64,000 nucleotides of DNA from Wickerhamiella versatilis (Eukaryota): NCBI GenBank assembly GCA_030867685.1, contig JAQOWU010000007.1:682001-746000 (forward strand), given 5' to 3'. The notes below the pieces were generated by a model. The model searched no databases. It was not told the DNA's origin and worked only from the letters and a program-made list of their open reading frames with translations. This document shows positions 32,669 through 43,511 of this stretch, in pieces. Position numbers and translations under genes: made by a program. Position 1 is the stretch's first letter. Each line of letters begins with the position of its first letter.

Positions 32669-32825
32669 TATAGCTAGCTACCAGTAGCACAGCCATGAGA
32701 ATTGCATATAATTGACCCATATATAAGCATGCAACTTACCACAGTAACAAGACTATAAATCATGGATGAGGGCGAAGATGTAATTTTAGACTGTCTAATA
32801 TCTAATTTACAGTCTGAGACTACGC

Positions 32826-33953
32826 TTAAGGGCAGCGGCGGTGAACAACCTCCGGACCAGTCTCGTCGTATTCCTGCTTCGAGATCCACATCTGCTGGAA
32901 TGTTCCAAGACTGGACAGGATGGAGCCACCCATCCAGACCATGTACTTACGCTCAGGAAGAGCAATAAGCTTCGTCTTCATGGAAGATGGAGCCAGAGCA
33001 GTGATCTCCTTCTGGAGACGCTCAGGGATACCATGATACATAGTAGTACCACCAGAAAGAACGATGTTACCGTACAACTCCTTTCTAACATCAACATCAC
33101 ACTTGATGATAGAGTTGTAGGTAGTCTCATGGATACCTGGAGTTTCCAGACCAAGAACGTTGGGGTGGAACAGAGCCTCAGGGCAACGGAAGCGCTCGTT
33201 ACCAATAGTGATAACCTGGCCATCAGGAAGCTCGTAGTTCTTCTCGAGACTAGATGACTGGGCAGCGGTCTGCATCTCCTGCTCGAAGTCGAGGGCGACG
33301 TAGCAAAGCTTCTCCTTGATTTCACGCACGATTTCACGCTCGGCTGAGTTGGTGAAGCTGAAACCACGCTCGGTCAGCAGCTTCATGAGGTACTCAGTAA
33401 GGTCACGGCCGGCCAAGTCAATACGCTTGATGGCATGGGGCATGGAGAAACCGCTATAGATAGGGACGACGTGGGTTACACCATCACCACTGTCTACAAC
33501 AATACCGGTGACACGACCAGTGGCGTACAGAGAAAGCACGGCCTGAATCGAGACGTAGAATGCAGGGGCATTGAAGGTCTCGAAGATGATCTGGGTCATC
33601 TTTTCACGGTTACTCTTAGGGTTAACCGGAGCTTCAGTGAGAAGAATCGGGTGCTCCTCAGGCTGGCGACGAAGCTCATTGAAGAAGGTGTGGTACCAGA
33701 TCTTCTCCATATCGTCCCAGTTGGTGACGATACCGTGTTCAATAGGGTACCTCAAGGTCAAGATACCACGCTTGGACTGAGCATCATCACCTACGTAGGC
33801 GTCCTTTTGGTTCATTCCCACCATCATACCTGGGTGGCGAGGTCGGCCAACTACGGATGGAAAGACAGCACTTGGTGCTTCTTCACCACCGAAACCGGCC
33901 TTACACATACCAGAACCGTTGTCAACAACGAGGGCATAAGAATCGTCTGTCAT
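32826..33953 (-). CDS. ACT1: Actin (divergent, intronless)
   Basis: 375 aa, collinear with conventional actin: [48 protein letters not shown]. Confidence 0.95.
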   Translation of the reverse strand: MTDDSYALVVDNGSGMCKAGFGGEEAPSAVFPSVVGRPRHPGMMVGMNQKDAYVGDDAQSKRGILTLRYPIEHGIVTNWDDMEKIWYHTFFNELRRQPEEHPILLTEAPVNPKSNREKMTQIIFETFNAPAFYVSIQAVLSLYATGRVTGIVVDSGDGVTHVVPIYSGFSMPHAIKRIDLAGRDLTEYLMKLLTERGFSFTNSAEREIVREIKEKLCYVALDFEQEMQTAAQSSSLEKNYELPDGQVITIGNERFRCPEALFHPNVLGLETPGIHETTYNSIIKCDVDVRKELYGNIVLSGGTTMYHGIPERLQKEITALAPSSMKTKLIALPERKYMVWMGGSILSSLGTFQQMWISKQEYDETGPEVVHRRCP

Positions 33954-34891
33954 GGTTAGTTCCTTGCTTCTGTCTTAGTCACATTGCGATTGCTGAGCTG
34001 GCCGACAGGGCACCTTAGCCAACGCCACCACAACGCGTTGACTTATAACAGTCAACCGCGTTTAAATGGCAAACTAAGGTGTATGTAGACCAGCCCAAGT
34101 GACCAGGTACAGCCGACACGTCGGCTTGTACTCCAAAAACTTACCCTGCATGGTGGATGATACCTTGGATAGGTGAGATGGGAGAGGAGGCGGGTTTATG
34201 TCAGACAATAGCTAGAGATAGTTGGGTTTGGGTTGAGACTAAAAGTCTCGTCGGCTCGTCGAATTGGTTGCCTGCTCATTCCGCGTGTCAGATTTTGTGG
34301 AATTTCCGTGATTTCTATTAATGATAAAACTCTCCCAGTAGCCAGTAGCGTTTCTAGTGATGGCCATGCTGTAGTGCATATGTAATTTCTTTTATCCAAC
34401 CTTATCTCGGCGTAGACATACCAAGAAATGTCTTGGCATCTGATAAAACATCAGCACGTTGGGCCGACACAGCGATAGGGTTTCATGAGGATATGAGCTC
34501 TATCGACTTCCGTACCCTCGAACAGATTTAAAGGGACTCAAGATGGCGACCTAGCCAGCATTAATCCTGGCCTCCTCCTCCAGGCACTAAGAATTTAGGA
34601 CGTGACAGAACTTTAAGGTTGACTTGCGAGTGTTTACCGCCAGGAGGACTGTTTGAGAGTGTGACAAATAGATCTACAGATGAGAGAATTTATGGCTTCC
34701 GCAAGCGGGAATAGAATGATAGTATGTATGAAAAAAAAATGGTCAGTCACTGGACATGAGTTAAGTAAATCTAGCACTAACACTTCCTCAACCCCTCAAC
34801 CTTTCAAAATATTTAACACTATCTACATGGGCAATACTGCAGCGTTACCGTTCAGCACGTGCTCTGCACTACATGACATAATCCTGTACTT

Positions 34892-35734
34892 ATGGTACTA
34901 CTTGGAGAATCTACAATGAGAGATGGAAGCGTTGTTGCCTCGTCAGTACCATCCGAATCGCCCTTTCAATCTAGGGATATGTCGGATCGCGATAGCAATG
35001 AACCTGACCCGGCCCCAGAGGGCACAGGTGAGGCTGTAGAGCCTATACCAATGAGCGAAATAATTTCACAATTCCGCGAGAGACACATTCAAGATATAAT
35101 GAGGCGTGTCTCTGCTATGCTTGAGAAACTTATAGAAGTAAATGATCAAATTCCCTTTGATGGTAGTTTTCTCACACGCTTTCATAGTCGTACTCCACCT
35201 GGTATCAGTGTGCATGATTATCTTCTTCGTATAATCAAGTTTTGCAGCCTAGATAAGGTTGTTTTACTTGTGCTACTTTATTATATTGACCTCTTATCAC
35301 AAAGCTACCCTGGTTTCAGCATTAATTCCTTAACCGTTCACAGGTTCATTATTACTTCGGTGACCGTCGCTTCAAAAGGCCTTTGTGATGCATTTTGTAC
35401 AAATACTTATTATGCTAAAGTTGGAGGTGTTTCAAAATTGGAACTCAATCTACTCGAGGTGGATTTCCTAACCCGCACAAATTATTCTATTGTTCCGCCG
35501 TACGGAATTTTGAGAGAGATATTTACGAGATTACTGACTCTTCCCGTATCAATTTTAGATCAAGGAGCTGACCAGCAATTGCCTGGACGGTCGCCATCCA
35601 GTAGGGGCAATACACCAGGATCTAGTGATACCACTGGCTCCCAGCATCCTAAATCGGTAAGCAAGCTCCGATCTGTCAGGGGTACCATGAATCGTATGCT
35701 GCATCCGTCAAAGAAGCAAAAAGGTGATGTTTAA
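34892..35734 (+). CDS. PHO80: Pho85 cyclin Pho80
   Basis: LTRFHSRTPPGISVHDYL, SLTVHRFII..VASKGLCDAFCTN.YYAKVGG; start could be 34892, 34916 or 34979. Confidence 0.88.
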   Translation: MVLLGESTMRDGSVVASSVPSESPFQSRDMSDRDSNEPDPAPEGTGEAVEPIPMSEIISQFRERHIQDIMRRVSAMLEKLIEVNDQIPFDGSFLTRFHSRTPPGISVHDYLLRIIKFCSLDKVVLLVLLYYIDLLSQSYPGFSINSLTVHRFIITSVTVASKGLCDAFCTNTYYAKVGGVSKLELNLLEVDFLTRTNYSIVPPYGILREIFTRLLTLPVSILDQGADQQLPGRSPSSRGNTPGSSDTTGSQHPKSVSKLRSVRGTMNRMLHPSKKQKGDV

Positions 35735-36173
35735 CCCAGCGGGCTGGGGATATTAGGCGATGTTGGGGAGGAACGAACCATTCCATTGTAAAAAGTGCAT
35801 TATTTTATGCCTGGAACAGCATTCTTGTTAGGCATTTCGCTTTTCTTTTTTTTTATTTCTCAGGACGTCACAATATGAAATTATTTTGTGAGAACTGAAC
35901 CATGTTCCAGGAACCTGAGTTACACCGATTATAGATTGTAAGGCAAGGGTTCGGAAGAGTAGCTTTTGCATCAAAGTAATTCAGTCGCATACTATCTTAC
36001 TTTTATGAATAAATAGACTAGTAGGATATTCTTTAATGCTTTGAGGAGATATTTATGCTTCTTCTTATAGTTTATGTCTCACCAACTGACAGGAAACTTA
36101 CCCTACCCGAGTAAACTCGGGTCACTCATTCACCCGGGTTTACCCTTACTCTGACTTATTTCTCCACCCCAAT

Positions 36174-39047
36174 ATGCTTCGCAAATCGGTTTTGCGGCTT
36201 AATTGTGCAATAGGTTGTCGCACGTTTGCGGAATCATCAGCACTGAAACCATTGGACACGTATGAGAGACGTCATTTAGGGGCTCAAGGGGTTGAGGTCG
36301 ATGAAATACTAAAAACAGTTGGGTCGACATCAACTGAAGATTTTGTGAAATCGGTGATCCCTGAGGACGTCTATACAAATAGAAAGCTCAGAATTGAACC
36401 GTCTTCAGGTTATAGCGAAAGTGAGCTTTTGCAAAGGCTGGGTAGTTTGGCAAGAAAAAACAATATTTCGGTAAAATCCCTAATTGGTCGTGGATATTAT
36501 GGAACACATTTACCACCGGTTATCCAAAGAAACCTTTTAGAAAACCCGCAATGGTATACTAGCTACACCCCGTATCAAGCAGAAGTTTCTCAAGGCCGTC
36601 TGGAATCCCTCTTAAATTTCCAGACATTGGTCACTGACCTTACTGGCATGGACATTGCGAATTGTTCTCTATTAGACGAAGCTTCTGCAGCAGCAGAAGC
36701 TATGGTACTTTCCTTTTCATCCGCTAAGAAGCGTTCGTATTATTATGTCGATGAGAATACGCTTCCTCAAACAAAGCAGGTCATGCTTGGACGAGCAAAG
36801 GGTCTAGGAATCAAAGTTATATTTGGAATGCCATCATCAGAAGATGAATGGAAAAATACTTGTGGAATACTACTGAGCTATCCTGGGTCAAATGGGAGCA
36901 TCACTGATTTTAGACAACTTTCATTAGATGCCCGTAATCATGGTGCAACTGTATGTGTTACGTCTGATTTGCTTGCGCTCACCATCCTAGAGCCACCTAA
37001 GTGGGCTGACGTTGTGGTCGGATCTGCCCAGCGATTTGGTGTGCCCATGGGATACGGAGGACCACATGCAGCCTTTTTTGCAGCTAGAGATCAATTCAAG
37101 CGACGAATTCCTGGAAGAATCGTAGGTATCACCAAGGATCGACTTGGAAATCAAGCGTACAGGTTGGCCTTGCAAACACGCGAACAGCATATCAGGAGAG
37201 ATAAGGCTACCTCGAATATTTGTACTGCTCAAGCCTTGCTGGCTAATATTTCGGCTATGTACGCATGCTACCATGGTCCTCAAGGACTAACTGATATAGC
37301 AAAACGCGTCCACTCCCTCACATCGACTCTAGCAGCAGTGGTTGAGGCATCGGGATATGAGCTCGTAAACAAGACATTCTTTGACACATTGACGATTCGT
37401 GTATCATCTGTGGATGAATTCCTGGCAAAGGCTAGGAAGAACGGATTTAATCTTTATGGAAAGGGAGATGTCGTTGCTGTTTCCTTGGATGAAACCGTCA
37501 CATCTGAAGACTTTCAAAAGCTTTGCGATCTTTTTGGTGCAAATTGGAAAGAGCCAAAGATGTCTATATCGAGTGAGAGATTATTGTTCCCGCGTACCAG
37601 TCCATTCCTGCGCCATCCAGTATTCAATAGTTATCATTCAGAGACAGAAATGCTGCGCTATATGAATAGGTTACAGTCAAAGGATCTGTCACTGGCCAAT
37701 TCCATGATTCCTCTTGGGTCCTGTACGATGAAACTTAATGCTGCTGTAACAATGCAGGGAATTACTTGGCCGGAGTTCTCAAGTTTGCACCCTTTCGTGC
37801 CAAAAGATCAAGCAGATGGCTACACTGAGCTAATCCAAGAGCTTGAAGCAGATCTAGCGGAGATCACCGGTTTCCATTCTGTCTCAGTGCAGCCAAATTC
37901 GGGAGCTCAAGGAGAATACACTGGCTTACGGGTAATCAGAGCTTACCAGTCCGCGCAGAACGAGGGCCACCGTAATGTATGCCTGATTCCTATTAGTGCA
38001 CATGGAACTAATCCAGCTAGTGCAGCCGTTGCTGGGATGAAGATTGTCGTGGTCAAATGTTTGCCATCGGGTGAACTTGATCTGGAGGATCTTAAGGCGA
38101 AAGCTCAGAAGCACGCAGCAAACTTGTCAGCGTTTATGGTTACCTATCCTTCAACTTTCGGAGTTTATGAACCAGGTATCCGTAAAGCCATCGAAATTGT
38201 CCACGAATTTGGCGGACAGGTATACATGGATGGCGCTAATATGAATGCGCAAGTTGGTCTAACTTCCCCTGGAGATTTAGGCGCTGACGTATGCCATCTA
38301 AATCTACACAAGACATTCTGTATTCCTCACGGTGGTGGTGGTCCTGGAGTTGGTCCGGTATGCGTCGCCAAACATCTGTCACCATATCTTCCCGGAGCCT
38401 CCTCAGGGGTCGAACCAACCAGTGCAGCCCCATTTGGATCAGCAAGCATTTTGAGTATATCTTGGGCATACATCAAGCTCATGGGACCACAAGGTTTGAA
38501 GAATGCGTCGATCATGTCTATGCTCAATGCGAACTATATGGCCAGCCGCTTGAGAAAGCATTACAAGCTGGCTTATGAAGGCCGCTGTGCACACGAATTC
38601 ATTTTAGATCTTCGTCCATTCAAGGCTGCTGGTGTGGAAGCTGCAGATGTGGCTAAAAGACTCCAAGATTATGGATTCCACGCGCCCACAATGTCGTGGC
38701 CAGTCGCCGGAACGCTCATGATAGAGCCCACAGAGTCTGAATCTAAGGCTGAACTCGATCGTTTCTGTGATGCTATGATAAGTATTCGCCAAGAGATCCA
38801 AGAAATTTTGGATGGTAAGGTGGATGTAAAAGCTTCAGTACTCGCTAATGCGCCACATACGGCAGAAGATCTCCTGCAAAGTGAATGGGATCGTTCTTAC
38901 ACTCGCGAGCAAGCTGCATATCCATTGGAATTTGTCAAGAAATCCAAGTTTTGGCCAAGTGTGACTCGAGTTGACGATTCTTACGGCGACATGAATTTGT
39001 TCTGTACCTGTAGCCCCGTTGAGGAATATTCCAGCCTCGAGGATTAG
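36174..39047 (+). CDS. GCV2: Glycine decarboxylase P-protein, mitochondrial
   Basis: [38 protein letters not shown]-lysine motif [31 protein letters not shown]. Confidence 0.97.
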   Translation: MLRKSVLRLNCAIGCRTFAESSALKPLDTYERRHLGAQGVEVDEILKTVGSTSTEDFVKSVIPEDVYTNRKLRIEPSSGYSESELLQRLGSLARKNNISVKSLIGRGYYGTHLPPVIQRNLLENPQWYTSYTPYQAEVSQGRLESLLNFQTLVTDLTGMDIANCSLLDEASAAAEAMVLSFSSAKKRSYYYVDENTLPQTKQVMLGRAKGLGIKVIFGMPSSEDEWKNTCGILLSYPGSNGSITDFRQLSLDARNHGATVCVTSDLLALTILEPPKWADVVVGSAQRFGVPMGYGGPHAAFFAARDQFKRRIPGRIVGITKDRLGNQAYRLALQTREQHIRRDKATSNICTAQALLANISAMYACYHGPQGLTDIAKRVHSLTSTLAAVVEASGYELVNKTFFDTLTIRVSSVDEFLAKARKNGFNLYGKGDVVAVSLDETVTSEDFQKLCDLFGANWKEPKMSISSERLLFPRTSPFLRHPVFNSYHSETEMLRYMNRLQSKDLSLANSMIPLGSCTMKLNAAVTMQGITWPEFSSLHPFVPKDQADGYTELIQELEADLAEITGFHSVSVQPNSGAQGEYTGLRVIRAYQSAQNEGHRNVCLIPISAHGTNPASAAVAGMKIVVVKCLPSGELDLEDLKAKAQKHAANLSAFMVTYPSTFGVYEPGIRKAIEIVHEFGGQVYMDGANMNAQVGLTSPGDLGADVCHLNLHKTFCIPHGGGGPGVGPVCVAKHLSPYLPGASSGVEPTSAAPFGSASILSISWAYIKLMGPQGLKNASIMSMLNANYMASRLRKHYKLAYEGRCAHEFILDLRPFKAAGVEAADVAKRLQDYGFHAPTMSWPVAGTLMIEPTESESKAELDRFCDAMISIRQEIQEILDGKVDVKASVLANAPHTAEDLLQSEWDRSYTREQAAYPLEFVKKSKFWPSVTRVDDSYGDMNLFCTCSPVEEYSSLED

Positions 39048-39260
39048 TTGACTAGTTAGCGAATTGATTTTTTGTAGTTTTGGATTGAGAAAGTAATACC
39101 TGACGTTGTCTAAAAATTTTGCTGCTGTGACCTCTAATTACCGTTCGTAGTTTCTACTTAAAATGACCAGCCTAGATATTTGAATTTTCTCTATTTTTAC
39201 CTTTTAATAAAAAGAGGCCAGACAAATATGCATTTTACATGTTACGTGCTTTTTTTCTTA

Positions 39261-39572
39261 GGAGGGATTCCCTCCATGAGCCACTTAATGTCCTGATACT
39301 TCACCAGACCTTTCAGACCCCGAGTAGAGCCAAACCAAGCCTCCTTGATGCGGAAATAGAGCTCGTACGTTGTTCTATTATGCTAGAGTGCGAAATATCG
39401 CGCAACTACAATATTAGCAACTTATTATGTACGAGACAGGTCTTAGCAGGACTGCCACCTTGGCAGCACTGGATAGGGACGTGCCTCCACCTTTCACTGG
39501 CTTTTTTACTCTGAGGCTTGCTCTAGCACGGCCTGAGGGTGGCTCAACAAGAACCGTGACTCTGAGCGCCTG
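39261..39572 (-). ncRNA. Putative structured non-coding RNA of unassigned class
   Basis: Several mutually compatible nested helices inside a 690-bp convergent gap (see findings); G-U pairing slightly favours the minus strand; no credible ORF. Confidence 0.5.
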
Positions 39573-39737
39573 TAAGCTTTGTGTGAAAAAAGAATAACTT
39601 AGTCATTATTTGCCTTATATACGTATCACTGTAGACATACCAATTATTCAAAGCGTGCACTGTCGTAAACGAATTAGTTTCTCGAGATATCATGTATGCC
39701 TGAGAGAATATATTGATAAATTAAAGACAGTAAATCA

Positions 39738-42700
39738 TCAGTTTTTGTGCTCGACTGGTGTAGGATTCCAGCCACCGACAGCACCACTAACAACTATAGG
39801 CGCCATCAAAGCAGTCAAACTAGAAGACCTACTCTGTCTCGCCGAGCTATCAAAGGACGGTCTCAAATGAGTGATCGACGGCGTATGTCGTACTATCATC
39901 TCCTTAGTCTGGTGAATCGGAAACAGCTGTTGCAGTCTGCCTCCACGAAGACGCTTGATCAATCGTAACTCACCAATCGACTGCTCAATGCCAGGTGCCC
40001 AGATATAATCGTATCCTGGCGACTTCTCGTCAATATTATTCACATTTTGTTCCTTGGGAGGTGGATTCTTCCCTTGTACCTTGTAAAACAGCCAAACACA
40101 GCCAAAAGCCATTGCGTCCCATAGCCATCCTACCGGAGTCATGAGCCACAAGAAGCCTGTATTAACTCTATCAATGATCCACAGGAAAAAGTTTACTAGA
40201 CGTCGGGGATAAATGACCATAACCCAACTGTCCGGGATCACTTTGATCAGCATTGCAACAGGAATGGATACTAGTCCGCAAATTATACCGGTGGCCCACA
40301 TCGCGGGTCTCTTTGTATTTTGGTGGCCATTACAACTGTTGAAACAAGTAACCTGGAACACTTTGCCTCCTAGGAACATAATCAAAATTTCAACCCCACC
40401 AATGATAATGGTAATCAACCAGAAGAAGATGTTACGCTGTGCCCCAGAGAGTAAGTTCATCTTATTATCAATCCGCCGGTTGACGAACATATTGAAAAAT
40501 TGCATCCACACAAACACATTAAACACCATTGCTGTTAACACTTGTCCATCTCGGTCATATGCCTGGTCCACAGCATCCTCGCTAAGGTAGCTTGGGTAGT
40601 CGGCTTTGCTGGTGGGATAGTTAAACAACTGACGACCAGCAAAGTGTAGAACGAATGTTACAGCCAGTTGGTAGATAGTCTGTCCAAATATCATTTTCCA
40701 CATTGTTGGTGTGATCAAACTTACTTTACGCGAATCAGGCTTGCGGTAAAGACATTCCTCTGTTGGGGCGTCCGTAGCCAGTGCCAACGCAGCTAAAGTG
40801 TCCATGATTAAATTTACCCAGAGTAGCTGTACGGAGGTGAGAACCGACTCGTTGAATCGGGACGCAACCGAAGAGACAAATGTAAGCGCCACAGCTGTTA
40901 CATTGACCGTGAGCTGGAATTGTAGGAACTTTTTTACCGCATCGTTAACTGTGCGTCCCCACATCATAGCGTTCACAATCGAAGAGAAGTTATCATCCAT
41001 AATGATGATATCCGAAGCCTCTTTCGCTACCTCAGTACCTGAAATACCCATACTAAAACCAACGTCTGCTAGCTTCAAAGCAGGAGCATCATTAGTACCA
41101 TCTCCCGTGACCGCCACAGTTTCACCGTGAAGCTTTAGATATTCGACGAGCCTCCGTTTGTCTTCGGGACTAGAGCGAGCCAAAACCCTTAATCTTGGCA
41201 CAACATTCGCCATCTCATTGTTCGAGAGTTTTCTGAATTCAGGACCCTCAAAAACGCAAGTCCTTGCATCTTCTGCACTAACAATTCCGGCATTGATCGC
41301 AATCGCGCGAGCGGTACGAAGGTTATCACCTGTGACCATTCGAACGCAAACACCAGCCCGAAGACATTGTGCCACTGCATGTGCTACTCCCGGCCTCAGA
41401 GGGTCCTTTATACCGAACAAGCCTAAGAACGTCAAACTTGATATGTCGATGTCTTCTGGTTTAAGGCCTTCTATTCCCTTAGATGCTGTGAAATCTTTGT
41501 ATCCAATTCCAATAACCCGAAGCGCATCATCTGCATAATCATCTAATCGGTGCAGAAACACGTTTCGCGACTCAGGCGTGAACTCAGTACCGGAGTCTTT
41601 CAAAGCAGTGGAGGAATTCATGATAATTTCTGCTGCGCCCTTAACAAGCATGCGGTATCCAGACCCATGTTTTCTAATGGTGACCATATACTTTCTCGCT
41701 GAATCAAACGGCAATACGAACTCGCAAGGCCGCTCATCGCGGTATGTTTTTAGTGTTCCTGAACTCACACCCAAAAATCGCCTGGCAAAACCGACGAGGG
41801 CCATTTCAGTTTTTGAACCAATAAGTGTATCAGGATTATCTACCTGCTCATAAACAGAAGAATTGAGGCATATTGAGTCTGCTATAACCTCACCAAACTC
41901 CTTATCATCGAAGGTGGGCTCGTGGTCTTGCCCTTCTTTCCATGTCTCGGTTCCAATACTTGAGGCAACCACGGTCATCTTGTTCTCGGTAAGTGTTCCA
42001 GTTTTATCAGAACAAACCGTCGTGGCATTTCCCATGGTCTCACAGCTCTTAAGCACACGTACTAAACAATTATCCTTGATCATGCGTTTAGTCGCAAATG
42101 CAAGCGCAAGCGTTACCGCGAGGGGGAGACCCTCTGGCACGGCAACAACAATAATAGTAATAGCAATAATAAAAATGTTCATGAAAAGATTTCCCTTCAT
42201 TGCTGAAGTGACATGTCTTGGGTCATCAGCGTAGAAAACACCCTCCGACACCTTGATTAGATAGTGACCTGTTACTCGTACACAAAATCGAATAAATAAC
42301 ACAATAAACAGAATTATTGCAGACCATACGCCAAAGATGGCTATTCCATCGGCAATGCGGTTCAACTTTTCTTGCAATGGGGTGACCTCAGATCCTCCTT
42401 GGAGTGACATAAGAGTGCGCCCATACATACTACTCTGACCAACAGCAGTAACCATGTAGACACCACTTCCTTGCATTACTTTAGAGCCAGATATCATGAC
42501 GCAATCAATTTTCTTGTCATTCGTCTGACCCCCATCCATTAGTTTGAGGGCATTAAATGCGGACACTTTTACAAGATTATCTGACTCTCCAGTAACAGAC
42601 GACTCGTCGCATTGGACGTCATTAGCCTCAAGCAGAACACCATCAACTGGGAGCACGTCTCCGGGTTGTATCACGGCCAAGTCACCGACCTCGAGCTCTC

Positions 42701-43367
42701 GTATATTTATTTGACATTTCTGGCCATTGCGTACCACTTCTACGAGACGGTCCTCTTTTTTGCGATTCAGTTTAGCAAACTGCCGCTCTTTTTGCCAATC
42801 ATTTACACTTCCTACGAGCGTAACAACAATGACAGCAACAAGAATAGCAAGGCCTTCAACCCAATCAGTAGGATAGTCTCCATCTGGATGAGGTTGGCCA
42901 ACAGCCTCATATATACCCAAGGACAACGCTATAATTGCGGCTATAACAAGTACGATCAGGACCTTGTCATTGAGCGTCATAAGTACTATTTTGAAAAATC
43001 CATCCAAGTCCTTCTCTGGGATTTCATTACGTCCGTACCTCTTTTCACGATGGCCTAGCTCCGCTTCGGAAAGCTGGGCATCAACTAATCCTTGATGTGG
43101 GTCACTACCTAGTCTGTGTGAGAGACCACTCACACCTCCCATCACCTTGATCATAAACGGATTCTTCGGATCTACGATGCAATCCAATTGCCCAGGCGAG
43201 AGGCTGAAAACACCATCGCCACTCGTATCCCCGTGATCATTGAAAAGCGATTCAGCGTCATGTAAACGATCCTCTGCCTCCGACGATACATCCTTTGAAG
43301 CGTCCTTCCCATTTACTTCAATCTTGGGAGTATGCCGAGTTTCGACAGCGGGTGTAGCGTCTGACAT
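39738..43367 (-). CDS. PMC1: Vacuolar Ca2+ P-type ATPase (PMCA type)
   Basis: TGES, VAVPEGLPLAVTLALA, CSDKTGTLT, TGDGTNDAPAL, KFLQFQLTVN, QLLWVNLIMDT. Confidence 0.96.
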   Translation of the reverse strand: MSDATPAVETRHTPKIEVNGKDASKDVSSEAEDRLHDAESLFNDHGDTSGDGVFSLSPGQLDCIVDPKNPFMIKVMGGVSGLSHRLGSDPHQGLVDAQLSEAELGHREKRYGRNEIPEKDLDGFFKIVLMTLNDKVLIVLVIAAIIALSLGIYEAVGQPHPDGDYPTDWVEGLAILVAVIVVTLVGSVNDWQKERQFAKLNRKKEDRLVEVVRNGQKCQINIRELEVGDLAVIQPGDVLPVDGVLLEANDVQCDESSVTGESDNLVKVSAFNALKLMDGGQTNDKKIDCVMISGSKVMQGSGVYMVTAVGQSSMYGRTLMSLQGGSEVTPLQEKLNRIADGIAIFGVWSAIILFIVLFIRFCVRVTGHYLIKVSEGVFYADDPRHVTSAMKGNLFMNIFIIAITIIVVAVPEGLPLAVTLALAFATKRMIKDNCLVRVLKSCETMGNATTVCSDKTGTLTENKMTVVASSIGTETWKEGQDHEPTFDDKEFGEVIADSICLNSSVYEQVDNPDTLIGSKTEMALVGFARRFLGVSSGTLKTYRDERPCEFVLPFDSARKYMVTIRKHGSGYRMLVKGAAEIIMNSSTALKDSGTEFTPESRNVFLHRLDDYADDALRVIGIGYKDFTASKGIEGLKPEDIDISSLTFLGLFGIKDPLRPGVAHAVAQCLRAGVCVRMVTGDNLRTARAIAINAGIVSAEDARTCVFEGPEFRKLSNNEMANVVPRLRVLARSSPEDKRRLVEYLKLHGETVAVTGDGTNDAPALKLADVGFSMGISGTEVAKEASDIIIMDDNFSSIVNAMMWGRTVNDAVKKFLQFQLTVNVTAVALTFVSSVASRFNESVLTSVQLLWVNLIMDTLAALALATDAPTEECLYRKPDSRKVSLITPTMWKMIFGQTIYQLAVTFVLHFAGRQLFNYPTSKADYPSYLSEDAVDQAYDRDGQVLTAMVFNVFVWMQFFNMFVNRRIDNKMNLLSGAQRNIFFWLITIIIGGVEILIMFLGGKVFQVTCFNSCNGHQNTKRPAMWATGIICGLVSIPVAMLIKVIPDSWVMVIYPRRLVNFFLWIIDRVNTGFLWLMTPVGWLWDAMAFGCVWLFYKVQGKNPPPKEQNVNNIDEKSPGYDYIWAPGIEQSIGELRLIKRLRGGRLQQLFPIHQTKEMIVRHTPSITHLRPSFDSSARQSRSSSLTALMAPIVVSGAVGGWNPTPVEHKN

Positions 43368-43511
43368 GCCTCACCCAAAGTGAAGAAAATCGACAGTTCT
43401 CAATAGGAGAGATAGTGTTGAGGATTAGGGTAAGAGTGGCTGAGTTAAATTAACATACGTCAAAGGTCGGGCTAAGTCCTACATGTACATAATTATAAGG
43501 AAGAATTAGGC

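Noticed and set aside
25384-35734. Two Pho85 cyclins (PCL1, PHO80) within 10 kb as a functional cluster
   Set aside because: Different subfamilies separated by unrelated genes; most likely chance
39467-39500. CACTGG...CACTGG 28-nt periodicity as a telomerase RNA template
   Set aside because: The implied repeat is not telomere-like, and I found no convincing pseudoknot or canonical Sm site; the available space is short for a yeast telomerase RNA
39239-39514. 91-aa ORF over the structured element
   Set aside because: No protein-like features; base-pairing explains the sequence better
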